DNA from: Sphaerodactylus townsendi
Lineage: Eukaryota
Direction of reading: 5' to 3'
Length of the DNA: 64,000 nucleotides
Assembly (NCBI RefSeq): GCF_021028975.2
Contig: NC_059426.1
Span: forward strand, 30,690,001-30,754,000
Position 1 is the stretch's first letter; every line of letters starts with the position of its first letter. Under the pieces are notes generated by a model, which was not told the origin of the DNA, ran no database searches, and worked only from the letters and a program-made list of their open reading frames with translations. Below, one piece after another: positions 40,265 to 52,466 of this stretch. The translations under genes were made by a program, and so were the position numbers.

Positions 40265-40520
40265 CTAGGAACAGGAGTAATAAGTTCAAGGTGAAGGGAA
40301 AGCAATTCCATGTAAACATCAGGAAAAACTTCCAGACAGTAAGGGCTGTTCCAACAGTGGAATGCACTACCTCGGAGTGTGGTGGAATCTCCTTCTGTGG
40401 AGGTTTTTTAAGAGAGGCTGGATGGCCATCTGACAGGAGTGTTTGATTGGGTGTTCCTGCATTGAAGGGTTGGACTTGTTGGCCCTTGGGGTCTCTTCCA
40501 ACTCTATGATTTTATGATAG
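40265..40520 (+). mobile_element. CR1 LINE 3' fragment
   Basis: End of ORF2 (aggaaaaacttc..acagtaaggg...tggaa) and 3' end cttccaactctatgattttatgat. Confidence 0.75.
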
Positions 40521-40634
40521 CAGTTAAGCACCAATTTAGAAAGTTTAAGACATATGTATACATATCAAAGCAGTCTGCTGCCAAAGCAGAAATACAGCAC
40601 CATTTTCAGTTATAGCAAGTAACCCATCTCTAAC

Positions 40635-40775
40635 CTCTTTTGCACCTCTGACAAAGTCTATCCATTTAATTTCACCATGGCCAAAGAAAACTTCATGGAG
40701 ATCTTCTCGGGATGTCTGATCTTCAAGGTCTCCAGAGAATTTCAGCAAGCATCCCTGCATTTCTTCCAGGGATTT
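40635..40775 (-). CDS. SSB: SSB coding exon 8 (RRM2)
   Basis: [47 protein letters not shown]. Confidence 0.95.
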
Positions 40776-40927
40776 CTTTTTTTGTAATTATTTAAAAAGC
40801 AAGAGAAGAAAAGAAGATAACTCTTGTTAGATGAGACAAGATGTTTATATCCTTGAAGATTACTGTGTTGAAATCCAGTTTTACACTCTTTTGGCAAACA
40901 GCGAGAGTATAGCTAGTTAAAGACTAT

Positions 40928-41067
40928 GGCCCCTTCCGCACATGCAGAATAATGCACTTTCAATCCTCTTTCACAATTGTTTGCAAGTGAATTCTGCTAT
41001 TCTGCACAGTAAAATCCAGCTGCAAAGTGGATTGAATGTGCATTATTCTGCATGTGCAGAAGGGGCC
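40928..41067. mobile_element. Short PIF/Harbinger-like MITE
   Basis: Same family; TSD TAT. Confidence 0.82.
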
Positions 41068-41825
41068 TATCTGAAACAAAGTACAAAGTTAATATAGGGA
41101 TCTGCCTGATGGATGAAGATTTTGAGACTCGTGTTCAAATTCCCTTCTCCCATGGCGCTCACTGGGTAAACTGGAGTCACACTGTTTCTAAACCTAACCT
41201 GCCTTACAGGGTTATTGTGAGATAAAAGGGAGAGGAGAAATGTAGACCAAAGGTCTTCTTGGATAACAGGATGAAATAAAAATGTTACAGCTGGACAATG
41301 TAATGACAGATGAGACCCTTTCATCAGTTCATTAGTTCCTGTTCACTAGATATAACAATACTGCAGTATTAACTGCTTAAATAGTATAAGATTAGACCAT
41401 GTACTTCTGACCAGTGTGGCTTAAAGGGGTTCAGTTTTTTATAAGTGCTCCACTAATGCCATAAGGCAGAGTGAATCTAACACAGAAACCAGTTGGCTTT
41501 GGAATTCCATAAGAGCACACGAATGTTTAGTTTAAACTTAAAATTTAGTATAGCCTTCCAAATCCAAGACTGACAATTTCTCCAGCTGCACAGGATATAA
41601 GTTGCTGATAGCATTCATCACCACACCACAGGATAATAGGACCACCCTGTGTAACAAGCAGACTGTCTTTTAAATCAAACACTTGGAGGGAGGGGGGCTC
41701 GAACCTGATCTGTCATACTTGCCTTAATATTTAATTACTGAGAATTCACTCTTGGTTCTGTTATTTGCTCTGTATGGTGATTTGCTAAAACAGCCTTTTA
41801 AGTAATATGAACTAACAGAACCAGA

Positions 41826-42113
41826 CAGCCAGAGGGATGTAGTGGTTAAGAGCAGGTAGACTCTAATCTGGAGAAACAGGTTTGATTCCCACCCCCCTAC
41901 ACATAAGCAGCAGAGTCTTATCTAGTGAACCAGATTTGTTTCCCCACACCTACACATTCCTGATGGGTGACCCTGGGCTAGTCACAGTTCTTTGGAACAC
42001 TTTCAACCCCACCTACCTCACAAGGTGTGTGTTGTGGGGAGAGGAAGGGAAAGGAGCTCGTAAGCCACCTTGAGAGAAAAGTGGGGTATAAATCTAAACC
42101 CTTCTTTCTCTTC
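41826..42113 (+). mobile_element. tRNA-derived SINE (related subfamily)
   Basis: Head gtagtggttaagagc...ggtttgattccc and shared body. Confidence 0.75.
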
Positions 42114-43068
42114 TAAAATCAGAACCACTTTTTACAAAACTCCTTCAAGTACTACATAATGTCCTAATAAACTTCAGATAAAAAGCTCTAATACATTAGA
42201 TATCAAATGATTAATTTATTTTAAATGGGGGGCGGCCACAGGCAGAGGTTTCAGCTTGCCTGGAAATGACAGTTTCATTGGGAAGCCCCCCCCCCCCATG
42301 CTGCAATTCCTGATTGCAAGGAAATGCTTCATCACAGAACTCTTATCGGATGAGGAGCACTTTGATCTATATATTCTAGGATTCAGCCATGACACAGATG
42401 TCTGTAGATAGCACCGGATCCCAACGACCTACTTAACTCTTTGAGCATATTTATTCCTGAATATCTTCAAATTACTAGCAGTGGCAATAGGTCCAAATTC
42501 CTTAGTTCAAGAGTTCTAGTGAAAATAGAACATGCCAGTCTGAGCAGCAAGTCCATAAGGATCAACTGGTGTTCACTTGGGTGCAGTCGACCTATCCCCC
42601 ATCAGCCCAAAATGCTCCAGGGGACCCCCAGAAACAGTATAGAGACAAAGCTGGAGGCCTGCAGTTAAGAGGGGGGAATTGTTGACAATCGCCTACCTCC
42701 ACTGACAGGATTTTTCTACAAGAGGCAAACAAAAATGTGCCCTTCCAAAGGAAAAAAAATTACACAGCTTGAACATGCAAATTTTTTGCATTTGTACATC
42801 TGAGCATTTCTTCTGCTCTATGCAGACTTTTAATTATAATGGAACAGAACTCTAAGCAACTCTAAAGCACGTGCGCACACACAAGAAAATGCCTGAGGTA
42901 CATTGCAGTAACATGTGCTACACATGTGAATTCCAATTGCACGCTAGTATGCCATTACAAGTGTTCCTTGTGTAAAAGCCCTGCTAAACGCCTAGGCAAA
43001 AACAAAAACAAACACCCACAGAAATACTGTGGTAACAGCTTCAGTTTATCAAGTCAAGGGCTAGGTAC

Positions 43069-43111
43069 CATTTCAGCAGCTTCAGCTTGCTTCTTTTGTT
43101 CTTCCTTATCC
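43069..43111 (-). CDS. SSB: SSB coding exon 7
   Basis: DKEEQKKQAEAAEM; taacAG acceptor, GTACCT donor; 43 nt keeps phase. Confidence 0.88.
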
Positions 43112-43211
43112 CTGTTACAAAGAGATTGCAAAAGTCAGTTAAGCAACCTTCCGGCAGATTCACAGCCAAACAGACAGAGATGTTCTTTCAGCATCCAAAG
43201 TGATGGCTTAC

Positions 43212-43283
43212 TGTTTGGCCTTTGCTTTTTTCTCCAGCCTGTTCCGTTTTCTCTCCTCTTGCTTCTTTGTAAAGTAATCATCC
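43212..43283 (-). CDS. SSB: SSB coding exon 6
   Basis: DDYFTKKQEERKRNRLEKKAKAK; gcAG acceptor, GTAAGC donor. Confidence 0.93.
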
Positions 43284-43557
43284 CTGCACAAAATATGTTC
43301 TGATTAGAAACCAGTTTGGAAGCTGTTATTATATATGCAGGAGAAGGGAAAGAGAAAGAACAATCTTAGACGTTTGTCTGTTTTCAAGTAGCTGAACCAC
43401 AAACCAAATCCTCAAATTTACTACTGCTAATCAATGCGACTAGCTGGTGTTGACAGCCAGTCCTTATTAAAAATGCCACCTGGATATCCTAATGCATAAC
43501 TGTGCTCTACTTCCCATGCACAGAACCTTAATTTCTCAGGCAGCAATTACGCTAAAG

Positions 43558-43693
43558 CAGGGGTGTCCAACTCTGGCGCTTCAGGTGTTCATTCCAATCA
43601 GCCCCTGCAGGCATGGCCAATTGATCATGCCAGCAGGGGCTGATGGGAATTGTAGTCCATGAACATCTGAAGTGCCAGAGTTAGACACCCCTG
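43558..43693. mobile_element. Palindromic hAT MITE (GACTACAATTCCCA family)
   Basis: TIR caggggtgtc; TSD cgctaaag/ctctaaag. Confidence 0.82.
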
Positions 43694-44210
43694 CTCTAAA
43701 GGATTGACTGAGAGACCAAGTTGAAGAAGACAGGAAGCAGAAAGAATATTAAATTTGTTTCCATGGGACTGAAAAGAGTCCAATGGCACCGTTCCTATAA
43801 TGGACACAGCAAGTCTATTACAGTTTGACAGCAGGTTTCCTTTGTCAGAGTTCAAGAAGCTTTCTTGGGTATGGGAGGAGATACAAAGATGACAGCAATG
43901 AAGTAGGCAGAACTTTTGAGCCACATTCACAATCTCCACTCTGTAATAAACCTAACTGAACAAATTTGGACCATCCTCTCTGCCTTTCAGCCTGGTTTTG
44001 GTTGTAAAGGAATAAATCTATACATTCTGGACTCAAGCAAGAACACCAGAGTTATCACATCGCCCAGAAATGTATAGCAAATTCAAAGAATTTAAACCTA
44101 GTAGAGTCCATCTAAACACCCCCATAGAGGTTGCCTTCTTCAGTCAGGAGTTTCAAGACAACGCAAGTCCATGCTAGAGCACTAAGCGCATTGTTTTAAG
44201 TTGTGCTTAC

Positions 44211-44311
44211 CTGAAGAGCACAATTAGTTCTGTGTCGTTGTACTTCTGACCTGGAATCTCCACAAACTGCTTTGCAGATTCAACAGTATCAAAGACTGCA
44301 AATATCGAACC
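44211..44311 (-). CDS. SSB: SSB coding exon 5 (RRM1)
   Basis: [33 protein letters not shown]. Confidence 0.96.
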
Positions 44312-44393
44312 CTGAATGAATCGAAGAGAATTAAATTAGAGCAGCGGGATATTCTCACTCAAAGCTGGCATAATTCTGTGTAAAATAAATTAC

Positions 44394-44501
44394 CTTAAAG
44401 GATTTCTGAAATGTTTTCCTCATCTGAATGCTTTCTACTTTGCCTTTATTTTCTAGCCATTCCTTGATATCATCAAGAGTTGCATCCAATGGAAAACCTT
44501 T
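44394..44501 (-). CDS. SSB: SSB coding exon 4 (RRM1)
   Basis: [36 protein letters not shown]. Confidence 0.96.
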
Positions 44502-44702
44502 CTGCAAAATGAGGTTTGGGAAAGTTACAGAGTTTTCAAACACACATGCACTCACCCCCCCCCCCAACACAATACATACCAAAAAGCTTTAAAGAAGGCT
44601 ACTGTCTAATTGAAGGTAATTTTATACCTAGTTTAGTCCTACCGCAGCCAACAATAGAACTGCCTTGTTAATGGAATACGTGTTTTTCTGTATGTCAAAA
44701 GA

Positions 44703-44985
44703 ATAATAATTTGGATTTATATCTCCCCTTTCTCTCCTGTAAGGAGGAAGGGGCTTACAATCTCCTTCCCCCCCCCCCCCACAGCAAACACCCTGTGAGG
44801 TGGGTGGGGCTGAGAGAGGTCCAAAGAACTGTGACTAGTCCAAGGTCACCAAGATGGCATGTGCTGGAATGCACAAGCTAATCTGGTTCACCAGATAAGC
44901 CTCCACAGCTCAAGTGGCAGAGCAGGGAATCAAACCTGGTTCTCCAGATTAGCGTGCACTGGCTCTTAACCAATACACCACGCTG
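44703..44985 (-). mobile_element. tRNA-derived SINE (Squam3-like)
   Basis: Same family. Confidence 0.8.
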
Positions 44986-45327
44986 GCCATGCTTCACGGG
45001 GACAGAATTTATCTGTTGCAATGTGACATGCTCAAAATCTCTGATCTCAAGTCTGTGGACACTAGAAGCACCAGGGCAAGAGGACAGGACAGTTCCATAT
45101 GTCTCCATGTGACCAACAGAAGGAGTGTAAAAATATGACAAGTTGGCAAAAAACAAGTAAATCATATTTTCAAGCTGCATAACAAAGTATAAAAGCTCAA
45201 TTTTAAAGACTTCTTGGACATTAAAGTATGCGATAAATGTGAACCTATTACCTTCACAATGTGTTTCTGGGGTTTTCTTGGGAATTTAACATACCTCTTT
45301 TCTGAATTACAGTCAGCATGGTGTAGT

Positions 45328-45522
45328 CAGTGGTTCCCAAACTTATTTGGCCTACCGCCCCCTTTCCAGAAAAAATATTACTTAGCGCCCCATGGAAATT
45401 AATTTTTTAAAATTTTTAATAGCAATTAAACAGAAAGATATATGCACCTGTGGCCATCACCGCCCCCCTGGATCGCTGCAGCACCCACCAGGGGGCAGTG
45501 GCGCCCACTTTGGGAATCACTG
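45328..45522 (+). mobile_element. hAT MITE inserted into the head of a SINE
   Basis: TIR cagtggttcccaaa / tttgggaatcactg; TSD ggtgtagt/gctgtagt. Confidence 0.87.
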
Positions 45523-45912
45523 GCTGTAGTGGTTAAGAGTGGTGGATTCTGATCAGTAGAATTGAGTTTTATTCCCCATTCCTCCACATGATTGGCGGAC
45601 TCTTATCTGGAGAACTAGATTTGTTTCACTGCTCCTACATATGAAGCCTGCTGGATGACCTTGAGCTAATCACAGTTCTCTCAGAACTCTCAGTCCCTCC
45701 TACCCCACAAGACGTCCATTGTGGGGAGAGAAAGGGAAGGAATTTGTAAGCCACCTTGAGACTCCTCACAGGAGAAAGGTTGGGGTATAAATCCAAAACC
45801 ATCTTCTTCTTCACTGGACCTCTCCTACAATGCACTGGGCAATATTCTGTGGGAATTCTGGTTATCCTCCAGTCCAAGAATACAGACCAATGAGTATGAC
45901 TTCACTCTAACT

Positions 45913-46119
45913 CAGTGATTCCCAAAGTGGGCGCCACCGCCCCCTGGTGGGTGCTGCAGCGATCCAGGGGGCCGGCGATGGCCACAAATAGAAACATTAA
46001 TACATATATCTTTCTGTTTAATTGCTATTAAAATTTTAAAAAATTAATTTCCAGGGGGCGCTTAAGTAATATTTTTTCTGGAAAGGGGGCGATAGGCCAA
46101 ATAAGTTTGGGAACCACTG
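45913..46119 (-). mobile_element. hAT MITE, same family as 45328-45522 in inverted orientation
   Basis: TIRs; TSD ctctaact/gtctaact. Confidence 0.87.
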
Positions 46120-46247
46120 GTCTAACTGATTGCATGACCTAAAACACTCCCTACAATCCTTTGCAAAGTACAGGGTTCCTCAGCACAAAAAAGATCCCTG
46201 AATATCACGCCTGAACCACAGTGAAGAAGAGTATCATTTGCACTTAC

Positions 46248-46422
46248 AATATACACAGATCTGCTGTTAACTGCACTTTTATATTTTTCAGTGATTTCCG
46301 GTACAGGCTTAGTTGGCGATCTTCGGATTTTAGTGTTGTCTTCACTCACTTCCATAAGACCTGCCTTTGATTTTCTTAATGCTCCCACTATTGCATCAAA
46401 GTCTTTTGTCAGGCGATTTAAC
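46248..46422 (-). CDS. SSB: SSB coding exon 3 (transcript exon 4; La motif C-terminal part)
   Basis: [58 protein letters not shown]. Confidence 0.96.
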
Positions 46423-46561
46423 CTGAGATTGCAAAACAAAGTAGTCAAGGTTTCATTTTTTGAAAAAAATTAACATTAAATCATTCTCCAAATACAATAT
46501 GAATAAACATTACAGACAACACACATTCCTGTTGGAGGAACAGCATAACATTTGTCTAGAT

Positions 46562-46888
46562 CAGCCATTCTCAACCAGGGTACCGTGGTACCCTGGGGTG
46601 CCGTGAGCATGTCCCAGGGGTACCGCGGCAACACTACTGCCCCACCCCCCTCATTTTTGTGGTGTCTCCCACCGGCGCCAGCAAGGACATGGAGCTGGCC
46701 CATGGGGCAGGGCCTGCCACAAGGTCAGCAGCCACCACCACCCCCAGTGCTACCCTTCACCCTGGGAGGTGGGGTGTGTGGCAAGCAGGACCATGGGAGG
46801 GGAAGGTGGAGAGTGGCGGCAGGGGTACCGTGAGATATGAAGAGTGAGGTCAAGGGTACCCTGACTTCGAAAAGGTTGGGAAACACTG
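46562..46888. mobile_element. hAT MITE
   Basis: cagccattctcaacc / ggttgggaaacactg termini; perfect TSD gtctagat. Confidence 0.85.
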
Positions 46889-47330
46889 GTCTAGATAAAT
46901 CAATTTCAAAAGAGTTTAAGCAATTAAGGAATAAATTAGATATGACTGAAATGGCGGAAAGAAACTGAGATTCATACAACAGACATTTTGAACAGGCAAC
47001 TAAATCTGGAAGACATTTGGCAATTTATCTAAGAACAAAAACTGAAAAAAGAACAATCACGGGGTGAAGGGAAATAATATCATACATGTAAAAAATACAG
47101 GAACTTGTTCTTTTTCTTGGATTTATTTAGAAAAAGTTGTTGAGCAGAAGACACAATGAAAGAGGGATAGAACCTGGGATCAGATGCACCAAATCAGAGG
47201 CTCTTCCACTCAGCCACAAGCCCTCCCCTAGAATCTAGCACAGGTTCATGTAAAAGACCATCAATCCATGCCACTGCCACACTGGCAAAGGTAGATAGAA
47301 CTACAGGGGATTTTTATGGCCTCATGCACT

Positions 47331-47630
47331 GGCAGCAGTGGGGTAGTGGTTAAGAGCAGGTGCATTCTAATCCGGAGGAACCGGGTTTGATTCCCTGCTC
47401 TGCCGCTTCAGCTGTGCAGGCTTATCTGGGGAATTCAGATTAGCCTGTACACTCCCACACACGCCAGCTGGGTGACCTTGGGCGAGTCACAGCTTTTCAG
47501 AGCTCTCTCAGCCCCACCCACCTCACAGGGTGTTTGTTGTGAGGGGGGGAAGGGAAAGGAGATTGTAAGCCCCGTTCAGTCTCCTACAGGAGAGAAAGGG
47601 GGGATATAAATCCAAACTCCTCCTCTTCCT
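47331..47630 (+). mobile_element. tRNA-derived SINE (Squam3-like)
   Basis: Same family. Confidence 0.82.
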
Positions 47631-47873
47631 CATTTTTTATGATCCAATTGGTTCCCAAGGACACTGTCTACCAACTGAGCTAATAATTTTTTCTGGCCTT
47701 AGTTGTCAGAATAGGAGTCCTTTTAAGGAAATGCCTGATAAGACAGTACACCCTGGAGAAGCCTATTCTGCTTTGATCAGCCGTCCACGTGCTCGGGCAC
47801 TGGGCAGCCCAGAATGGGATGAGCTGGCTGTTTAAACGGCCTGGCTTTGAGGATTTCCCTTTTGCATATCATA

Positions 47874-48013
47874 GGCCTCGTCCACACATGCAGAATAATG
47901 CACTTTCAATCCACATTCACAATTGTTTGCAAGTGGATTTTGCTATTCTGCACAGAAAAATCCAGCTGCAGAGTGCTCTAAAAGTGTATTATTCTGCATC
48001 TGCGGAAGGGGCC
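47874..48013. mobile_element. Short PIF/Harbinger-like MITE
   Basis: Same family. Confidence 0.75.
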
Positions 48014-48616
48014 GTTACCTTACGTATCTAGAAAAGCACTAGTCAATGAACGGTTACAATATGCTGCATCAAGTAAAGCTGCCCAGGATCAAACCTGGGA
48101 GTTTCTGCATACAAAGCAAGCATTCCCCCACTGAGCCACATTCCCTCTCCTTCCGAACTGCTAATGTAGTTGAGGAAGAAGTGCTTGTTAAGCGTAGCAA
48201 TTAGCTTCTTAAACCATCTGGTAAAATGCTCAGCTTGAACAGACGAAGGGACTTCTTGCCAGACTCTTTCCTTCCTCTCCTGACCATTCACTCTCCTCCT
48301 TCTCAGAGGTTGCAGGCGCAGCAATGACAGATGCCCTGCATCCCCTGCATCGAGGGCAGCCTTGCTGAGACATTGGGAGGAAGGGCTCTTAGCGGAAACA
48401 AAACTCCTGCATGGAGAAACGTTCGTCCTCCTTCGAATCTGTCCATAAGGGGCTGAATTGTTTTGGTGCGTTTTGTAGTGGATGATGGAAAAACCGCAGG
48501 CTCATTCTCTGAGCCTGTGACATCTTGTGCCCATTGAAGGGAGGGTGGTTCTTTCCTGTGTGATTGGGACTTGGGTGAGAGTCCAGGCTGTCAGGGATTC
48601 ATATTGGGGAAAAAAA

Positions 48617-48663
48617 CACACACACACACACGCACGCACACACGCACACACACACACACACAC
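48617..48663. repeat. (CA)n microsatellite, imperfect
   Basis: Directly visible. Confidence 0.9.
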
Positions 48664-48852
48664 CGGTCTGCGATCTATATTCAGTCTTGCAACATTTGGG
48701 ATGGAGCTGCCCCTGAGGGAAGAGACCACTCCCCATGACCATGACAGCCATCCATACTCCACACTTGGGCAGGACTCCCCAGAAATGAAGTCCTTAGTAA
48801 TACTTTTCAAATATCTGCCACAATGCCATGGTCACCCATGTGTAAAATTTAC

Positions 48853-48956
48853 CTGTTAAATTTGATTATTATTTCTAGAGGCACCCAGCCTTCATCTAGC
48901 TTTATCTTCTCTTGCAGAAATTTGTCTCGTGGTAAGTTGTAATCACCAAAATAGTA
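48853..48956 (-). CDS. SSB: SSB coding exon 2 (La motif)
   Basis: [34 protein letters not shown]. Confidence 0.97.
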
Positions 48957-49134
48957 CTGCAAAATCAGTCAAAACAGTACACATGTTAACATTGAGCAAA
49001 GAGACTGCTGCCTCAGTTATCAAATAGTTTGTTCTTTGTCAAGCAGCTAAAAAAATATTCTTGCATTTTTATCTGTACTTGTTTGCACAAAAGAATATCC
49101 AGCATTAAGAATTCTGCATGGTGAGTATCTCTTA

Positions 49135-49275
49135 GGCTCAATCCGCACATGCAGAATAATGCACTTTCAAACTGCTTTCAGTGCTCTTTGAAGCTGTGCA
49201 AAATGGCAAAATCCACTTGCAAACAGTTGTGAAAGTGGTTTGAAAACGCATTATTTTGTGTGTGTGAAAGGGGCC
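49135..49275. mobile_element. Short PIF/Harbinger-like MITE
   Basis: Same family; TSD TTA. Confidence 0.8.
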
Positions 49276-49717
49276 TTAATTATAATGAAAACTGAGACTT
49301 GGCAGGTATGTAGGTAAAATGTATGGATTCCAACTCCAAGAGTTGAAAGTCCAGCAGAAAAAAATCTAGTAGATAAAATGACAGTTCTCTTCCCACTGAA
49401 TAGGTTTCAATTCTATTGCTACAAGAAATGTTAATGTGTACCCCAAGTACATGTTGTATTTAACTACTCAAAAGGGACCTGTATCAACTGTGTAAAGTAG
49501 GTAACATCTGAACCCTTCATTGAACAGATCCTTCTCAATCTCCTCCTTCCTGCTGGTTTTTGGGGGACGGGATTTGCCGAGGAAATGTGGAGCAATACAG
49601 CCCCCGCCCCCCGTGCTCAGAAATGCCTCCCCCCACTCCCAGGAGAAGCAATTGGATCCTACCCTAGGTATTCTATAATGGTGAAACATTAAACACTTGT
49701 GAATGAAGAAGCTATAC

Positions 49718-49783
49718 CTCAATTTGCTGGCAGACCTTGTTTTCCAAATCAGACATATTTTCGTGGTCCTCGTTTTCAGCCAT
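49718..49783 (-). CDS. SSB: SSB first coding exon
   Basis: MAENEDHENMSDLENKVCQQIE; an acceptor tatAG 9 nt upstream of the ATG implies an upstream non-coding exon. Confidence 0.95.
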
Positions 49784-50429
49784 TTCCCCCACCTATAATC
49801 AGAACAGTATTTGCCATTATTGACGATTTAAATTGTTCAACTATACTCTGTTCTCTTTGCTAAAACAAGTCCAAGAGCCGATCATGATTCAGACCTTGAA
49901 CGGTTAATATCAACAATTAATGTAACACTGAAGAAAAAAAAAACAACGTTCGTGAAGAGTTTAAAGAACGTTTAAAGAAGAGTTTAAAGAAGAGCTCTTC
50001 GAATTTTAGTGTTGTCTTCCATAAGACCTGCTAATTTGACTTTCAGTATTACTAAATTGAGATCAATGTGAACCAGAAGAACTTTGGATAGGAATTAGAC
50101 ATAGTATCAAGGAAAAATACACATTTCTGTACCCAAGAGCCTTGCTGGATGACTGAAGAAAGTCTTAAAATCGCTACACAAAAGAATCAAAAGTCTGAAG
50201 TTGAACATTTCCCCCCAAATCTGCACTGTTCTCTTTCACTCATTCATTTCTACCCAGTCGGAAAAAAAGGGCAGGCTATGATATCTGGCCTTAACACGTT
50301 TTCCCTATGCTCCACCCCGGATATGCTAGATGCATGCCCCTGTAACACGTGGGAGCAAATAGGGAGAGGTTAAGCTTCCTCTGTGGTGGAAAGACCATGC
50401 CCACCTCCTTGACTTAACTCCACCAGCTA

Positions 50430-51210
50430 GTAGTATTTTGCCGACCTGCTCGGCCCCTAGAAGGCCCCTTGCAGGCCAACCCCGGCGTTTTTTTCAAAAG
50501 CAACCGTCCTGCGGATGCAGGCCGCTGTCTGCGCCATTCCGCCTCCCGGGCCCAACCCCGAGCAGTGCCAACCCCGACCAGCATCCGTGCAACCCTGCTG
50601 GATGCAAGCCTGCTCGTCTGGAGCACAAGTCCCACCGCCTCCATTTCCTCGGGAACCTACACGTGGGGCAGGCAACCTGCAAAGAGGAGGAAGGGTTGCC
50701 AGAGGCGCGTTCCCACGACCGCCCTCCCGCGTGTTGGAAAGCCCTCATGCGCTAACGCGCCCACCCACCTTACACTCGTCCTGGAGAAAAAGTCCCCGGC
50801 GGGCTGGTGCGGTTCTTGAAAGGCCGATACGGAGCAGCCCAGCAGCCTGTGCGGTGAATGCCGCGCCCCTTTGCCGCCTGCCCGATGAGAGGCTGGCCTT
50901 TGCATGTCTCCGCCTCCAGGTCCTTCTCCGCCTTGGTTTCGTTTCCCTTCCTGCTCTGCAAATCTTTTCAACGGCGGGAAAGGGAGTTCTTGTATGCACT
51001 CATTTGCACAGCTGCCTTCTGAAGTGCTGGAAGAAGCAGGAGCCACAGGTTTTGGGTAAGCTAATGCTCGATAATATGGGTTGTTGTTTGTGCTTTCTAA
51101 AAACCTGTAGCATCGGTTAATCCAGTGCACTTGTAAGGACGCGTCCAGAAAAGAACGAATGTTTGCAGTATTTGGAGTCAGTTCCTGAACACGTGAAACG
51201 TGCACGTGAA
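50430..51210. promoter_or_regulatory. CpG island: SSB promoter and non-coding exon 1; possibly bidirectional
   Basis: CpG-rich; candidate minus-strand donor TAAG|GTGGGT at 50768; plus-strand donor-like GG|GTAAGC at 51056; several CACGTG E-boxes. Confidence 0.75.
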
Positions 51211-52236
51211 AATGCATCTCACTGATGGTCTGGCAGCCTTAGGTTGGAGCACGCACAGGAAAGGTGAAATTGGTTACAGGCTTCTGCCCCAGCCCTTATT
51301 TCACCTTAACCTCTATCTACTGGAACCGATGGGGGGAGGGAGGGGGCTGGGAATTTATTTGAAATGTAGCCTCACTTTCAGCCACCCTGGCTACTCCCTT
51401 CTGTCCAGTGACAACTTTCAGACTAAGAGCTAGTGTGGTGTAGTGGTTAGAGTGTCCAGCTAGGTCTGAGTCTCCATTCTTCTGGGTGACCTTGGGTCAG
51501 TCATGGAATCATGGGAGAGACCACAAGGACCATCAAGTCCAACCCCCTGCCTCTTTTTAAAAACCGCCCGAGAAGGAGACTCCACCTAAAAGTATCTGCC
51601 TGGTGACATGGGGTACCCCATGTCCCTAGGGCGCATGCCATCTGGTCACATGGGGGGCACATGACCAGGAAGACAGCTCTGCTTCCTGCCTCCATGTGAC
51701 CAGGAAGACAGCAAGGCAGCAGAACTTCCTGCTGCCTCATCGCCTTCTGACGCCCTTGGCCCCACCCATGTCATTATTGCCTCTCCACCCGACGGAGCTT
51801 CTGGCGCACTCACCGGGGGGGGGGGGGCAGCCAGGAATCTGGAGCCAGCCCAGCAGGGAAGCCCTTGCCTTGCCGCCCAATGGCTTCCCAGTTGGCACTG
51901 CCCCTGCAAGCATGCCCGATGGAGCCTCTGGTGTGTTTGCAGGGGCAGTGCCAGCTGGGAAGCCGAGCTGGCTCAGCTGGAGGCCAAGCTGAGCCGGGCC
52001 AGCTGAAGGAGAGCGGGGTAAGGCCTGGAGGAGGGAGAATGGTGTGAAGGACAGGCAGAAGCCACGGGATAAAAGGAAGGGGAGAAACAGTCACGAAGCT
52101 GCAATGAGGATACCCGGGCTAGCATTTAAAATACAATCAAGGAAGAGAGGGAAGCGGGCAAGGGGTATCCAGGGAAAAGGTCCCCTTTGCCAGACTAGCT
52201 CAAGCACTTAGTGTTTGCCACCCACTCCCCGCCCTG

Positions 52237-52466
52237 CTGCCTGAGCTGTGGAGGCTTATCTGGGGAATTCAGATTAGCCTGTACACTCCAACACACACCA
52301 GCTGGGTGAACTTGGGCTAGTCACAGTTCTTCTGAGTTCTCTCAGCCCCACCTACCTCACAGGGTGTTAGTTGTGAGGGCGGAAGGGAAAGAAGTTTGTA
52401 AGCCCTTTTGAGTCTCCTTGCAGGAGACAAAGTGTGGATATAAATCCAACTCTTTTTCTTATTCTT
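52237..52466 (+). mobile_element. 5'-truncated SINE whose pyrimidine tail precedes the transposase locus
   Basis: Same family; tail tctttttcttattcttccccAG. Confidence 0.8.

Noticed and set aside
49954-49996. CRISPR-like repeat array
   Set aside because: Vertebrate DNA; 11-12 bp tandem units with no spacers
50414-51217. ORFs up to 201 aa in the SSB promoter
   Set aside because: CpG-island artefacts with no recognisable homology
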